DNA of 64,000 bases from an uncultured bacterium (GTDB lineage Bacteria; Oederibacteriota; JAAXVQ01; JAUVAV01), in the NCBI GenBank assembly GCA_963710755.1, contig CAVQBK010000002.1, forward strand, positions 32,001 to 96,000, read 5' to 3'. Position numbers and translations under genes: made by a program. Positions 49,792-59,475 of this stretch are shown here, piece by piece. Position 1 is the stretch's first letter; each line of letters opens with the position of its first letter. The notes under the pieces are model-generated. The model saw only the letters and a list, made by a program, of their open reading frames with translations, searched no databases and had not been told where the DNA came from.

Positions 49792-49827
49792 GTAAGAGAT
49801 CCCTACCGGGCGGAAGGAATTACTTCC
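49792..49827. promoter_or_regulatory. candidate tandem enhancer (UAS) sites
   Basis: Minus strand GGAAG-N6-CTTCC (49812-49827) and GGTAG-N6-CTTAC (49792-49807), 20 bp apart, roughly -100 to -135 from the predicted sigma54 start. Confidence 0.5.
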
Positions 49828-49920
49828 ACCTGGCATGACCTGAACTTGGAGACCACGCCATCATACCGGTAAAAGTCTCAGGAAGAAAACAACGGTTTTC
49901 CGTGCAGTCATCTAATCAGT

Positions 49921-51537
49921 TTAAAACAGGATACTCAGTTCAAAGGTCATGCGCCAAGTTAGAGAAGATAAGGTGAGAGGTGTATTAAAAAAAGTTACTG
50001 ATGGTGAGTGAAAAGAATCGTCAACCATGATGCCGGCACTCCAATAATGCCCTGCCGGACCGCCAAAGCCCAGGCTTAAACCAGCGCTGCCCACACCAGC
50101 CTGGCCGTGGTACTGCGCTTCCCCCAAGTTTAAATGCTGCCAGCGATACCCAGGACCAGCCATCACATTGATATAAATCTTTTGCTCCTCCGTCATAGTC
50201 CAGGCCTGGCTGATTACCACATTAACACGGCTGGTTTGTTCTGATTGCCAACCATTATCGTGCAATGGTCCGTCTTGGGCATTTTTAAACAGCGGATTGA
50301 AATATAAATCCAATTGTGGCCGCAGTCCCGCGGCTAAGCTGTAAGTGCCTGATTGGTAATTTAAAAATTCCAGTTCATAGCCTAAGCTTAATCCTGCGTT
50401 GGTCAGAGAACTATCCTGAACCCAACCCGTGGAAGCCAAGGCATCGGCCAAGCCCCGAAGCTGCAGAAAAGGTCCAATGATCAACCGTTGATCTGGCGGC
50501 TTGGCCCGGACCGGCGCCAAGGACCAGGATTTGAAACGACCAGGTGCGATCAAGTTATTTTGGAAATGATCATCCAGGAATCTCTTCTCTTCAGCCCGGT
50601 TGCGGCGTTGGGCCATGACCCAGGTACGTGCTGCACTGCCTTGGTGATTCATGATCAGCAGGTTGGAAAATATCAAGGCTGCCGTTATATTTTCCGTTCG
50701 GGCCTGCTGTTGCGCAGCCATCGTGAACCCGATGGTGCCTGCCCAAAATAACAATTCATAATACAGCTGACTGCCCGCTTCCCCCATGCCAGGTTCCAAT
50801 TGCTCTTCTCCCCAACCGGGCATTACCGCGGAAGCCAAGCTTAACCGGCGGGGAGAAAAATAAGGAACTTCCATGGCTTCAAAACTTTCCCGGGCAGCGG
50901 GATGATCCCGATCCTGCTGCCATAAATGGTAAAAGCCTTCCGTATTGCCCTGATGATCCTGAAAATCCTGCCAGGCCAGAGCATAGGCCGCAAAGCCGCT
51001 GAAGGGCGACTGAGAGGCCTGGGCTAAAAAGTTCTTCAGATCTTGCCGCCGGGCACCGGCATGGTGGCGCCAAAACAATTCGGCCAGAGCAGCCAATTGT
51101 TGAAAATAGACCCTATCAGCTTGCCGGGGATGTTGCTTAAAAAAAACAAAGCTGTCCTTGACCAATCGGGAAAACAACGGATCTGGTTCAAACAGACGTA
51201 GTCTCCCGTTAATGTTGGCGTTCACATCAAGCAATGGCAAAAGGCTGCTGGCAGGAAAATAGGTTTGAAGATAAAACTGCAATTGTTGCGCCTGATCCAT
51301 ACGCTCCTGTGCCTGCATTACCGCGACCGTTACCATGATCTCCAAATCCTCCAACCGCCCTGATTTTAAGGGCGGCTGAAGCGGTTGGTAACGGTCATAG
51401 AACAGTTGAAGGCTTTGGGGTAAGGATGGACAAGATACAGTGGCCCCAGCCCATGCTGCCATACCCACGGAAAACAGCAATAACAGCATAATTGCCCAAT
51501 ACCTGCGGTTAACCACCGCACGGCCCAGTGGCCACAT
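49921..51537 (-). CDS. hypothetical exported protein; helical N-half, possible outer-membrane beta-barrel C-half
   Basis: Signal peptide (AAWA), SAVMPGWG motif followed by hydrophobic helices, amphipathic beta strands, terminal Phe; start uncertain. Confidence 0.65.
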   Translation of the reverse strand: MWPLGRAVVNRRYWAIMLLLLFSVGMAAWAGATVSCPSLPQSLQLFYDRYQPLQPPLKSGRLEDLEIMVTVAVMQAQERMDQAQQLQFYLQTYFPASSLLPLLDVNANINGRLRLFEPDPLFSRLVKDSFVFFKQHPRQADRVYFQQLAALAELFWRHHAGARRQDLKNFLAQASQSPFSGFAAYALAWQDFQDHQGNTEGFYHLWQQDRDHPAARESFEAMEVPYFSPRRLSLASAVMPGWGEEQLEPGMGEAGSQLYYELLFWAGTIGFTMAAQQQARTENITAALIFSNLLIMNHQGSAARTWVMAQRRNRAEEKRFLDDHFQNNLIAPGRFKSWSLAPVRAKPPDQRLIIGPFLQLRGLADALASTGWVQDSSLTNAGLSLGYELEFLNYQSGTYSLAAGLRPQLDLYFNPLFKNAQDGPLHDNGWQSEQTSRVNVVISQAWTMTEEQKIYINVMAGPGYRWQHLNLGEAQYHGQAGVGSAGLSLGFGGPAGHYWSAGIMVDDSFHSPSVTFFNTPLTLSSLTWRMTFELSILF

Positions 51538-51791
51538 GGGTGTCCTTTGAGGTCGAGAATATAAAAACGTTGACTTAATCGACTTTTTCTTCAGGCTGGT
51601 TGGAAGTAGGGGTGACAGGATCATAGCGTTACCTGTATTCAGAATGACGTCCGGTCAAGATCACTGATTTTTTTCGAACCCTGCACAAGCGGCATTGGCC
51701 GTACAACCGTTCTCTAGGACTTCAGGCCGCAGCAGACAGGCCGTCTTTTTTCCAGAAAAATCTATCCGGCTTGCCATTCCCATCATAATCA

Positions 51792-52715
51792 TCATTGAAC
51801 AAAATCAATTTTTTCCTTTTCAGGAAAGGATTTTAGTCCCAGTATTTTTTGGGTACGGGTATTGATATAAGTAATAGCGCTGCGTGGTGTCTCAATGCTA
51901 TCCGCCATCCCGGACTTCATCATTTTTCCGGCAAGCTGGGCCGTCTGTGCACCCAGATCCTTAAAATCAGCGGAAAAAGCCATGAGTGCACCTGCCTTGA
52001 CCTGGTACACCGAAATTCCGATGAACGCTATTTTTTTCTCCAGCGTGAATTGAATCGTCTGGGCCACCACTTCGGGTTGAGCCATGGTTTCATCCACTAC
52101 TGACCAAATCACATCCACTTTGCCCAGTTGCAGCTTTTCCAAGGCCATGGCGACCTGGCTTTTTCCATCTACTGCAATAGGCATCAACGTCAGGTTCTTA
52201 TTTTTGGCTGCGGTCCGAGCCTGGTTGATGGCTTCCCGGGAAAAAGCGGGGTTATAAATGACACCTACTTTCTTTGTCCCTGGGATCAATTTTTCAATTT
52301 TTTCAAATTGATCTTCCGGCGCCACCTGCATTAAGACGCCACCAGCCTTTTGCCCCTTTAAATGATGGCTGTCCAACACCATGGTATACAACACAGGAAT
52401 CTTCGCCGTCAAATAAGTTTCAGCGCTATGGAGTGCTTCTGAACCAATGCAGACCACTTCACTAAAGACCTCGGGACTTAGGGAAGCCATGATCTGCTGG
52501 CCTCGCTCTAATTTCCCCTCCATATTAAACGTTTGGATCTCTGAAGGTGACTTGCTTTCAAAGCCCTGCGCCGCCAGCTGATAAGGCCCTAGTGAGCGGC
52601 TTAAAACCAAAGCCACTTTCTTGCCCCAAGCCGGCTGCTGGCAAACCGCCACACTCATCCCGGCCAACAGCACGCTGATGGCAACTTTGAACATAAATAG
52701 TTTCTTGTTTTGCAT
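51792..52715 (-). CDS. orphan ABC substrate-binding protein (ABC_sub_bind type)
   Basis: Signal peptide, IPVLYTMV, PGTKKVGVIYNP, VKAGAL, DLGAQTAQLA, YINTRT. Confidence 0.85.
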   Translation of the reverse strand: MQNKKLFMFKVAISVLLAGMSVAVCQQPAWGKKVALVLSRSLGPYQLAAQGFESKSPSEIQTFNMEGKLERGQQIMASLSPEVFSEVVCIGSEALHSAETYLTAKIPVLYTMVLDSHHLKGQKAGGVLMQVAPEDQFEKIEKLIPGTKKVGVIYNPAFSREAINQARTAAKNKNLTLMPIAVDGKSQVAMALEKLQLGKVDVIWSVVDETMAQPEVVAQTIQFTLEKKIAFIGISVYQVKAGALMAFSADFKDLGAQTAQLAGKMMKSGMADSIETPRSAITYINTRTQKILGLKSFPEKEKIDFVQ

Positions 52716-52746
52716 AATCCTACCACCTGCACTTCTTAAAAGAGGC

Positions 52747-53115
52747 TCAGTCTTGCTTCATCCGTTTAAGCCAAAACGCTGCGGCCAACCCCCAGACAGC
52801 GTTAAAGATAATAACTTTGAGAAACGTCCAGGAGCCCAGTTCCATGCCAAACGCCCCTTGGTGCCGGGCCGGAAAGACGATCAGCCATTGCACTACCGTG
52901 GGGGCCAGACTAAAAAGCAACCCGCGTAGATAAATGTTCATACGCTTTAGAGGCAGTAAAAACATCATGCCCCACAGGCCGCCCCATACCATGCGTTGGT
53001 AAACCATGGGTGGTGCCATCGCCTGCGTGTACCACCCCACCACCAGCGCATTCATTAACCCGCCTATCGTACCCGACGAAAACAACAAGGATAACCGCTT
53101 GATTGCCTCAGCCAT
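52747..53115 (-). CDS. small hypothetical membrane protein
   Basis: 4 TM, YQRMVWGGLWG, FNAVWG. Confidence 0.75.
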   Translation of the reverse strand: MAEAIKRLSLLFSSGTIGGLMNALVVGWYTQAMAPPMVYQRMVWGGLWGMMFLLPLKRMNIYLRGLLFSLAPTVVQWLIVFPARHQGAFGMELGSWTFLKVIIFNAVWGLAAAFWLKRMKQD

Positions 53116-53328
53116 CACCGCCCCCTTATGCTTCAAGTCACTATAGGCTTTTAATATCCAATATTAATAGTATATCCAAAATAAAAATCTAATGCAATTC
53201 CCTGCTTTACAAGGCGGTCAAGGTGACCCTCATCCTAAAGAGTACCGGTCCTATAAAGAGTTAACTTAACATGATTTTCTTCCGAAAATTAATGCAGGTT
53301 AGTATTTTATAAGGAGGACTTCGACACC

Positions 53329-53910
53329 ATGGACCCGCTCAAGGACAATAAAATCCACATGAAAGGCGCGGCGTGGCTGGACACCATCGCCGCCACCAAT
53401 AGCCTATGTGATGCCCAAGGTATTGAAAAAACCAAAGCCGCCTTAAACGATCAAGACCGCGAGGCCTTGTTTGGCAAAAAAATCCTCCCCATCTCCTGGG
53501 TGGATTTCACCGCCGTCTTAAATTTCATTGGTATGCTTGACCTGCAATTGGGCAAAGGAGATGGTCAGTTGGTGGCGGACATTTCGAGCCACATGGCGGT
53601 AAATGAGTTCAAAGGGTTCTACAAGTTATTTATGAAACTTAGTTCACCTGAATTCGTTCTGAATAACGCTCCTCGCATTTTCCGTCAACAATTCGACCGA
53701 GGACAGGTCATGGTTCAATGGCCTGAACGGGGTCACGGTATTCTGGTTTTCCATGACTTTGAGGTCACGGCTTCCCATCATGAAAAAATGTTTATGGCCT
53801 TTCATCGCCAAGCCCTGACCTTGTCCGGTGCTAAAAACATTAAAGGCATTCATTCCAAATGCATCAATCGCGGTGATGAACACTGTGAATACGACTATCA
53901 CTGGGATTAA
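53329..53910 (+). CDS. V4R/HNOB-like small-molecule-binding protein
   Basis: KG...ILPISWVD, SPEFVL, C-terminal HSKCINRGDEHCEYDYHW; AAGGAGG RBS. Confidence 0.7.
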   Translation: MDPLKDNKIHMKGAAWLDTIAATNSLCDAQGIEKTKAALNDQDREALFGKKILPISWVDFTAVLNFIGMLDLQLGKGDGQLVADISSHMAVNEFKGFYKLFMKLSSPEFVLNNAPRIFRQQFDRGQVMVQWPERGHGILVFHDFEVTASHHEKMFMAFHRQALTLSGAKNIKGIHSKCINRGDEHCEYDYHWD

Positions 53911-53986
53911 GATTCCATCAGGTTAAAAAGTATTCTTCCCCTTGAATAGACTGGGGCACCATCAGTTGGGGCAGGCTTTTCTAGCC

Positions 53987-54075
53987 GTCACCCCGGCATG
54001 CTTTCAGCCGGGGTCGAGGAAAATCCTTAAAAACAAGGGTACTTCCGGATTCTGTTTAAAAGCCTAACAGGATGA
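53987..54075. repeat. REP-like palindromic doublet between convergent genes
   Basis: GTCACCCCGGCATGCTTTCAGCCGGGGTC hairpin and a decayed inverted partner GGATTCTGTTTAAAAGCCTAACAGGATGA. Confidence 0.55.
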
Positions 54076-54146
54076 TGAACTAAAAAAGGCAGATACGGCA
54101 CAGTCTCGAAGAGGCTGGAGACAGCCAGCAGGGTGGCGACTCACGG

Positions 54147-55460
54147 TTATAACAAATCAGCTGCCAAAGCCGCCAGAGGCGAGCGTTCACTCTTGGTCAG
54201 CGTAATATGCCCGAAAAGACTCTGGGACTTGAAATGTTCCACCAAATAAGTGAGGCCATTGGAATTGGAATCCAGGTAAGGGTTGTCAATCTGGTAAGGA
54301 TCACCGGTTAACACCACTTTGGTGCCGTCGCCGGCGCGGGAAACAATGGTTTTGACTTCATGAGGCGTCAGGTTTTGTGCTTCATCGACAATTATAAATT
54401 GCTTGGGGATGGAGCGGCCGCGAATATAAGTCAGGGATTCAAGAATAATCTTGCCGCTTTCCAGTAAATAGCGCAAGGTGCCTTCCCCGCTTTCCTCGGA
54501 CTCGCCGTTATGATCCATGAGAAATTCGAGGTTATCGAAAATAGGTTGCATCCAGGGCGCAATCTTTTCCTCCTTGGTGCCTGGCAGATAGCCTAGGTCC
54601 CGTCCAAGGGGAATAACCGGCCGGCTTACCAAAATCCGGCGGTAATGGCGTTCATCCAAGGTGCAGCGCAGCGCTGCGGCCACCGCCAGCAGGGTCTTGC
54701 CCGTGCCCGCCGAACCCACCAACGTGACCAATGGGATATCATTGTCCAGCAGCAATTCGAGCGCAAACTTTTGTTTTAAATTCTTAGCCTTAATGCTCCA
54801 GACCTCCTGCTCGCCGGAAACCAGCGGCACCAGACACTGCTCTTTCCAGTGCACCTTACCCACCGCGCTCTGTTTGGAACCATTGCTGTCTTTAAGCAGG
54901 ATAAATTGATTGGGATAAAATCCGTCGGCTTGGTTGAGGGCCAGTTTTTTTTCGGTATAAAACTGATTTATTTGGTCTCCTGAAATTTCCAGGTTGCCCA
55001 CCCCGGTATACAATTCATCAATGTTGACTTTTTGACTCTCGAAATCCTCTGCCACCACGCCAAAAGCATCGGCTTTGACGCGTAAGTTAACATCCTTGGT
55101 AATCAGTTTGACCTGATCCATACCTTGCGCTTGCAGGGATTTGGCCAGCGATAGAATGAGGTTGTCATTTTTATTCTGAGTCAGGCCGGCCAGATGCATA
55201 TCGGGCATTTCAATAGCCACTTGCAGAACACCGCCGTTGTCCATGGTAATGCCTTTGGCCAACGAGCCCTTGCCGCGCAAGCCGTCAATGAATCGGGAGA
55301 CCGCGCGGGCATGCTTGCCCTTTTCGTCATTGCCTTTCTTGAACCGGTCCAATTCTTCCAAAGCTACGATGGGCACCACGACCCGGTTGGCACCAAAAGT
55401 GGAAATGGCTTGGGGATTGTGCAGGAGAACATTGGTATCCAAAATAAAGGTTTTAGCCAT
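54147..55460 (-). CDS. PIN-PhoH ATPase (PhoH2/YlaK type)
   Basis: LDTNVLLH, EELD, ITKDVNLR; GSAGTGKT, LGYLPG, YIRGRS, DEAQN, TGDPYQID. Confidence 0.95.
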   Translation of the reverse strand: MAKTFILDTNVLLHNPQAISTFGANRVVVPIVALEELDRFKKGNDEKGKHARAVSRFIDGLRGKGSLAKGITMDNGGVLQVAIEMPDMHLAGLTQNKNDNLILSLAKSLQAQGMDQVKLITKDVNLRVKADAFGVVAEDFESQKVNIDELYTGVGNLEISGDQINQFYTEKKLALNQADGFYPNQFILLKDSNGSKQSAVGKVHWKEQCLVPLVSGEQEVWSIKAKNLKQKFALELLLDNDIPLVTLVGSAGTGKTLLAVAAALRCTLDERHYRRILVSRPVIPLGRDLGYLPGTKEEKIAPWMQPIFDNLEFLMDHNGESEESGEGTLRYLLESGKIILESLTYIRGRSIPKQFIIVDEAQNLTPHEVKTIVSRAGDGTKVVLTGDPYQIDNPYLDSNSNGLTYLVEHFKSQSLFGHITLTKSERSPLAALAADLL

Positions 55461-55526
55461 TCAAACGTGTGCTCCTCTCGGCTTCGCTGCCGGCGATATC
55501 CAAACAAATGCGGCGTGGCGGCCAGA

Positions 55527-56447
55527 TTATAATACTTTATCCAACCAATGGTTCTTATCTTCCAGTTCTCCCCGGATGACGCCAAAAAAGGTGTCCTGGA
55601 TTTTTTTAGTAATCGGCCCGCGCGCACCGTTGCCGATATTAATTTTATCCACTTTGGCAATGGGTGTAATCTCGGCGGCCGTGCCGGTCATGAAGGCCTC
55701 ATCAGCCACATACAAGCTCTCTCTGGGTAGAACTTGCTGCTTGACTTTGATGTTGAGATCCCTGGCCATCTGGATCACACAATGGCGGGTGATCCCCGGT
55801 AAAATACTGGACGACGACGGCGGTGTGTAGAGGGCGCCATTCTTGACGATAAAAATATTCTCGCCCGAGCCTTCCGATAAATATCCAAAAGAATCCAGGG
55901 CAATGCCTTCGTCAAAGCCGTCCTGGATGGCTTCCATCTTGACCAATTGGGAATTCATATAATTGGCCGCCACCTTGGCCATGGTGGGCATGGTGTTGGG
56001 CGCCGGCCGGTTCCAGGAGCTGATACGCACGGACGCGCCTTTTTCCATGGCCTCCGCACCCAGATAGGCTCCCCATTCCCAAGCGGCAATGGCCGTAACG
56101 ACAGGGCAGTTGAAAGGATTGAGGCCCAACGAATGATAGCCGCGAAACACAAACGGCCTGATGTAAGCCTCCTTAAGGTTATTGGCCACCAAGGTTTCCT
56201 TGACTGCCGTGCACACCTCATCAAGGGTATAGGGAATCTCCATCCGATAAATTTTAGCGGAATCAAACAGGCGTTTGATGTGCTCCCGTAAGCGCATTAC
56301 ATAGGAGCCATTCTTATTGGCATACATGCGCAGGCCGTCAAAAGCACACGATCCATAATGAAGGGCATGGGTCAGGACGTGCATGTTGGCTTCTTTCCAG
56401 GGCACCAGCTTACCGTCCATCCAAATATAGGTTGCGTCGAAGCTCAT
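55527..56447 (-). CDS. ilvE: branched-chain amino acid aminotransferase
   Basis: [43 protein letters not shown]. Confidence 0.96.
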   Translation of the reverse strand: MSFDATYIWMDGKLVPWKEANMHVLTHALHYGSCAFDGLRMYANKNGSYVMRLREHIKRLFDSAKIYRMEIPYTLDEVCTAVKETLVANNLKEAYIRPFVFRGYHSLGLNPFNCPVVTAIAAWEWGAYLGAEAMEKGASVRISSWNRPAPNTMPTMAKVAANYMNSQLVKMEAIQDGFDEGIALDSFGYLSEGSGENIFIVKNGALYTPPSSSSILPGITRHCVIQMARDLNIKVKQQVLPRESLYVADEAFMTGTAAEITPIAKVDKINIGNGARGPITKKIQDTFFGVIRGELEDKNHWLDKVL

Positions 56448-56486
56448 GGGTTGATCCTCCGTTACCGAATAAAATAATAAATCGGT

Positions 56487-56515
56487 ATCATACCTTGCAG
56501 CCAGGGGATTAGCAA
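56487..56515 (-). promoter_or_regulatory. putative sigma70 promoter of ilvE
   Basis: TTGCTA-17 bp-TATGAT. Confidence 0.55.
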
Positions 56516-56540
56516 GTTTTTTGATTTAACACTACTGTGA

Positions 56541-56978
56541 TTACATATTCTGCTTGAGCCATAACTGTTCAAACCATTGGATGATGGAACGGTTTTCCTG
56601 GCTGATCTGGAGAAACTTAACGCCCGCTTGATAACGATGGGCGGAGCCGGGATTGGCCTGGGCAATCCAGCACACCACCACCTCTACTTCCACATCTTTA
56701 ACCTGTTTGCGATGCGCCAGGGTCAGCTTGATTTTCAAACGTGTGCCCACAGGCAGGTTGTCCTGAACGTAGATCATCAACCCCCCTTGGGAAGCATTGG
56801 CCGTCATACCCTGGGGTGCCCCCCGGCCCTGCTGGAGCCCAGACTGATTCAACACTTCCTCGCCGTCGGACACGGGGTCTTCCGCCAAGGGATGCTGCAC
56901 ATGATAACTAAAAGGCAGATGAATGGTAAAACGCGGAAAAATACGTCGTTCGAATTCCATATCGCCATAATTAGTCAT
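56541..56978 (-). CDS. PilZ domain protein
   Basis: ERRIFPR and NASQGG motifs, GVKF. Confidence 0.88.
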   Translation of the reverse strand: MTNYGDMEFERRIFPRFTIHLPFSYHVQHPLAEDPVSDGEEVLNQSGLQQGRGAPQGMTANASQGGLMIYVQDNLPVGTRLKIKLTLAHRKQVKDVEVEVVVCWIAQANPGSAHRYQAGVKFLQISQENRSIIQWFEQLWLKQNM

Positions 56979-57064
56979 GGTCCCTCCTAGATGAAGCGAC
57001 ACTGTAACGGGCTCAGCCTGTCAAAGTTGTTTATGCCCGGAATAAGGTCAAGCACCCCGGCTTT

Positions 57065-57451
57065 TCAACCAACGCTGGCGTTGTCCTGTTCGCCTTGCCA
57101 TTCAGTCAGAAATCGTTGCCATAGCTTAAAAGAGTCAGGCGGGATCTCAATAAATTTCAACCCCGCCCGGCAAAGCCACTCACTCTCGCTTTCATCAGTG
57201 ATGACCCAGACCACCTCGGTCTTGACATGGAAAACATGTTTGCCGTCCGAGCAGGGGAGCAGCATGGTCACTTCCAACAAGTCACCCTTGTTCACAAAGT
57301 GCGGCAAAAAAGCCATCATCCCGCCCAGAGATACATTGGAAGATACGCCGTCGTTCTGGCTCAGATCATGTTTTTGAAAAGCGATGGGAATCGAAAAATT
57401 CAACCTGGGATATTGTCTGCGGTCAAATTGCGCACTGGCATATTCTTTCAT
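57065..57451 (-). CDS. PilZ domain protein
   Basis: DRRQYPR and NVSLGG motifs, VVWV, GLKF. Confidence 0.9.
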   Translation of the reverse strand: MKEYASAQFDRRQYPRLNFSIPIAFQKHDLSQNDGVSSNVSLGGMMAFLPHFVNKGDLLEVTMLLPCSDGKHVFHVKTEVVWVITDESESEWLCRAGLKFIEIPPDSFKLWQRFLTEWQGEQDNASVG

Positions 57452-57499
57452 TGATAAAACCCCCTTACACGACCTTGCCTAGGGCAGGTGGATTAAACC

Positions 57500-58855
57500 T
57501 TATAGTTCCCGAAGTTTAAGGTCCTCCAGGTATTGACGCCGCGCCTGCTTAAGGCGCTGCATAAGCACACGAACTTTGCCCTGGTTGGCCACGGCCTCGG
57601 TTTCCGGCTGGTGATTCCTGACCGGTGCCCCGGTCTGTTCCAAGCGTTCGATAATTTCCGCCACTGGCAGGATACCAATATTGATGGCCGGAATAATTTG
57701 TTCCTGTTGCTCATGACCGAGCATAATGACCAAGCCGGCGTCGTTCATCCAATTAAGCACAGAGCGCGCCAGACGGATAGATACCCGATGCTGCTCAGCC
57801 AGACTCACATCCTGCCAGCGTTTGCCACCATTATTGTACACTTGGTCAATATCCTTTAGGAACGCCAACGCCAACTCAAAACGGCTCTCCAAATTAACGC
57901 TGGTGCTTTCCTGCTCCCGTTTGTAAATCGAGACATTTTGCAGAGCAAATGAAAACTCAGCCCCAAAGAGCACAATCACCCAGGAAAAATAAATCCAGAT
58001 TAACATAAACGGAATCTGGGCAAAGGTACCATAGAGCACATTGTAGCGCGTCATACCCACTTGCAGGCTGACATAACCCCATTGGGCCAGCTGCCAGACC
58101 ATGCCCGCAAAAATGCCGGCCATTAACGCCGGCCAAAACTTGACCCTGGTATTGGGCATAAACAGATATAAGAAGGTGAAAAAAATACTCAGCATGACAA
58201 AGGGCAGCACCTTCAGGATGGAGATCACCAGGGTGCCCAGCCCCGGCTGGCTGGTCATCCAGGTCATGATGGCATTGCTTTTAAAAGAAGCGGTCAGGGA
58301 GATGACCACAAAGAAAACAATGGGCAGCAGGATCAAAAAGGAAAAGTAATCCGAAATTTTTCGGATGGTGGACCGGTGTTTTTTTAATCCCCAGATGTCA
58401 TTAAAGGTGATTTCCATATTATTCAGCATGGAAAATACTACGACCATCAACACCACCAATCCAATAGCACCGAGTGAGTTGATGTTGACATGATCAATAT
58501 ACCCGATAATCTGAGAAGCAATATCCTGCGAGCCCACGGCCAGGCGTTGCAGCAATGCGGCCTCCAGGCGTTTTTGCACGCCCAGACCTTTTAAAATAGA
58601 AAAGGTAAAGGCCAACAGCGGCACAATAGAAAGTAATGTCCAATAAGTAAGCGCGCTGGCACGAACCAACAGCTTGTCGCGAATAGCGCCTTCGCCCACC
58701 ATATATAACACCTGCAGGGTTTTCACCACCAGACGCCGCATTTGGTTGAGTCCGGCAATATCCAATATCCAGAGATCACGCCGTAAAAATTGAATCACTT
58801 GGCGCACAACCCGGGTGATCACGGTTTCTTTTTTTTTCTGTTCCTTGGGACTCAA
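57500..58855 (-). CDS. YihY/BrkB family membrane protein with a C-terminal winged-helix-like domain
   Basis: RASALTYWTLLSIVP, FNDIW, PNTRV, YNVLYGTFA, WIYFSWVIVLFGAE. Confidence 0.9.
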   Translation of the reverse strand: MSPKEQKKKETVITRVVRQVIQFLRRDLWILDIAGLNQMRRLVVKTLQVLYMVGEGAIRDKLLVRASALTYWTLLSIVPLLAFTFSILKGLGVQKRLEAALLQRLAVGSQDIASQIIGYIDHVNINSLGAIGLVVLMVVVFSMLNNMEITFNDIWGLKKHRSTIRKISDYFSFLILLPIVFFVVISLTASFKSNAIMTWMTSQPGLGTLVISILKVLPFVMLSIFFTFLYLFMPNTRVKFWPALMAGIFAGMVWQLAQWGYVSLQVGMTRYNVLYGTFAQIPFMLIWIYFSWVIVLFGAEFSFALQNVSIYKREQESTSVNLESRFELALAFLKDIDQVYNNGGKRWQDVSLAEQHRVSIRLARSVLNWMNDAGLVIMLGHEQQEQIIPAINIGILPVAEIIERLEQTGAPVRNHQPETEAVANQGKVRVLMQRLKQARRQYLEDLKLREL

Positions 58856-59009
58856 AGCTATACAGCCTCCATAAGCTTGTTAGCATCCACGCCGACAACG
58901 CTTGCACCCGCGGCATTCTTCAACCGGAGGTATAAAAAACCAGGGCCGATTGAATGAGCAAGGGCACTGTAGTTGAAAATCTCTAAAAATTATTTCTGTT
59001 TCCCGTCTT

Positions 59010-59432
59010 CTAGGTGTACATGCCCGAATCGGGCTGGTCCAATTCAAATTCCACCAGAAAGGCTTTTAATAACTGGCGTTCAGCAGGTTCCAAATCTAAA
59101 AATTGGATACCAATAACAAAGCCACCCTGGCTGGCAGGTTTGGACCACGCTACCCGGGATAACAGATTAACCTCCGCTGATTCCGTCAAGCGTCCACGAT
59201 CCAGATCTTCTTTGTCCGGCAACATCAAGGTTAGCATAAGCAACTGCCCGGGTTTAAGGTCACGATCACTCATCATGGCCAAACCACCGGCTCCCAGATC
59301 TTCGGCTAAATCATTCTGTATGGGAGATACATAATCCTTGTCCAGACACTGAAAACGAAGTTTGAGATGCATGGCCCGCCGTTCATAACGGCGCCGTTCC
59401 GCTTTGGTCTTGGCTTCGTAAACCGATGCCAT
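59010..59432 (-). CDS. PilZ domain protein
   Basis: ERRRYER and DLGAGG motifs, RVAW, GIQF. Confidence 0.85.
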   Translation of the reverse strand: MASVYEAKTKAERRRYERRAMHLKLRFQCLDKDYVSPIQNDLAEDLGAGGLAMMSDRDLKPGQLLMLTLMLPDKEDLDRGRLTESAEVNLLSRVAWSKPASQGGFVIGIQFLDLEPAERQLLKAFLVEFELDQPDSGMYT

Positions 59433-59475
59433 GGAATTCCTCCTTCTCGCTTTACCTGCCGGGCTACCGTGATCT

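Noticed and set aside
54147-55460. PIN toxin-antitoxin module
   Set aside because: Only 66 bp separate it from ilvE, with no antitoxin ORF; it looks like a housekeeping PhoH2.
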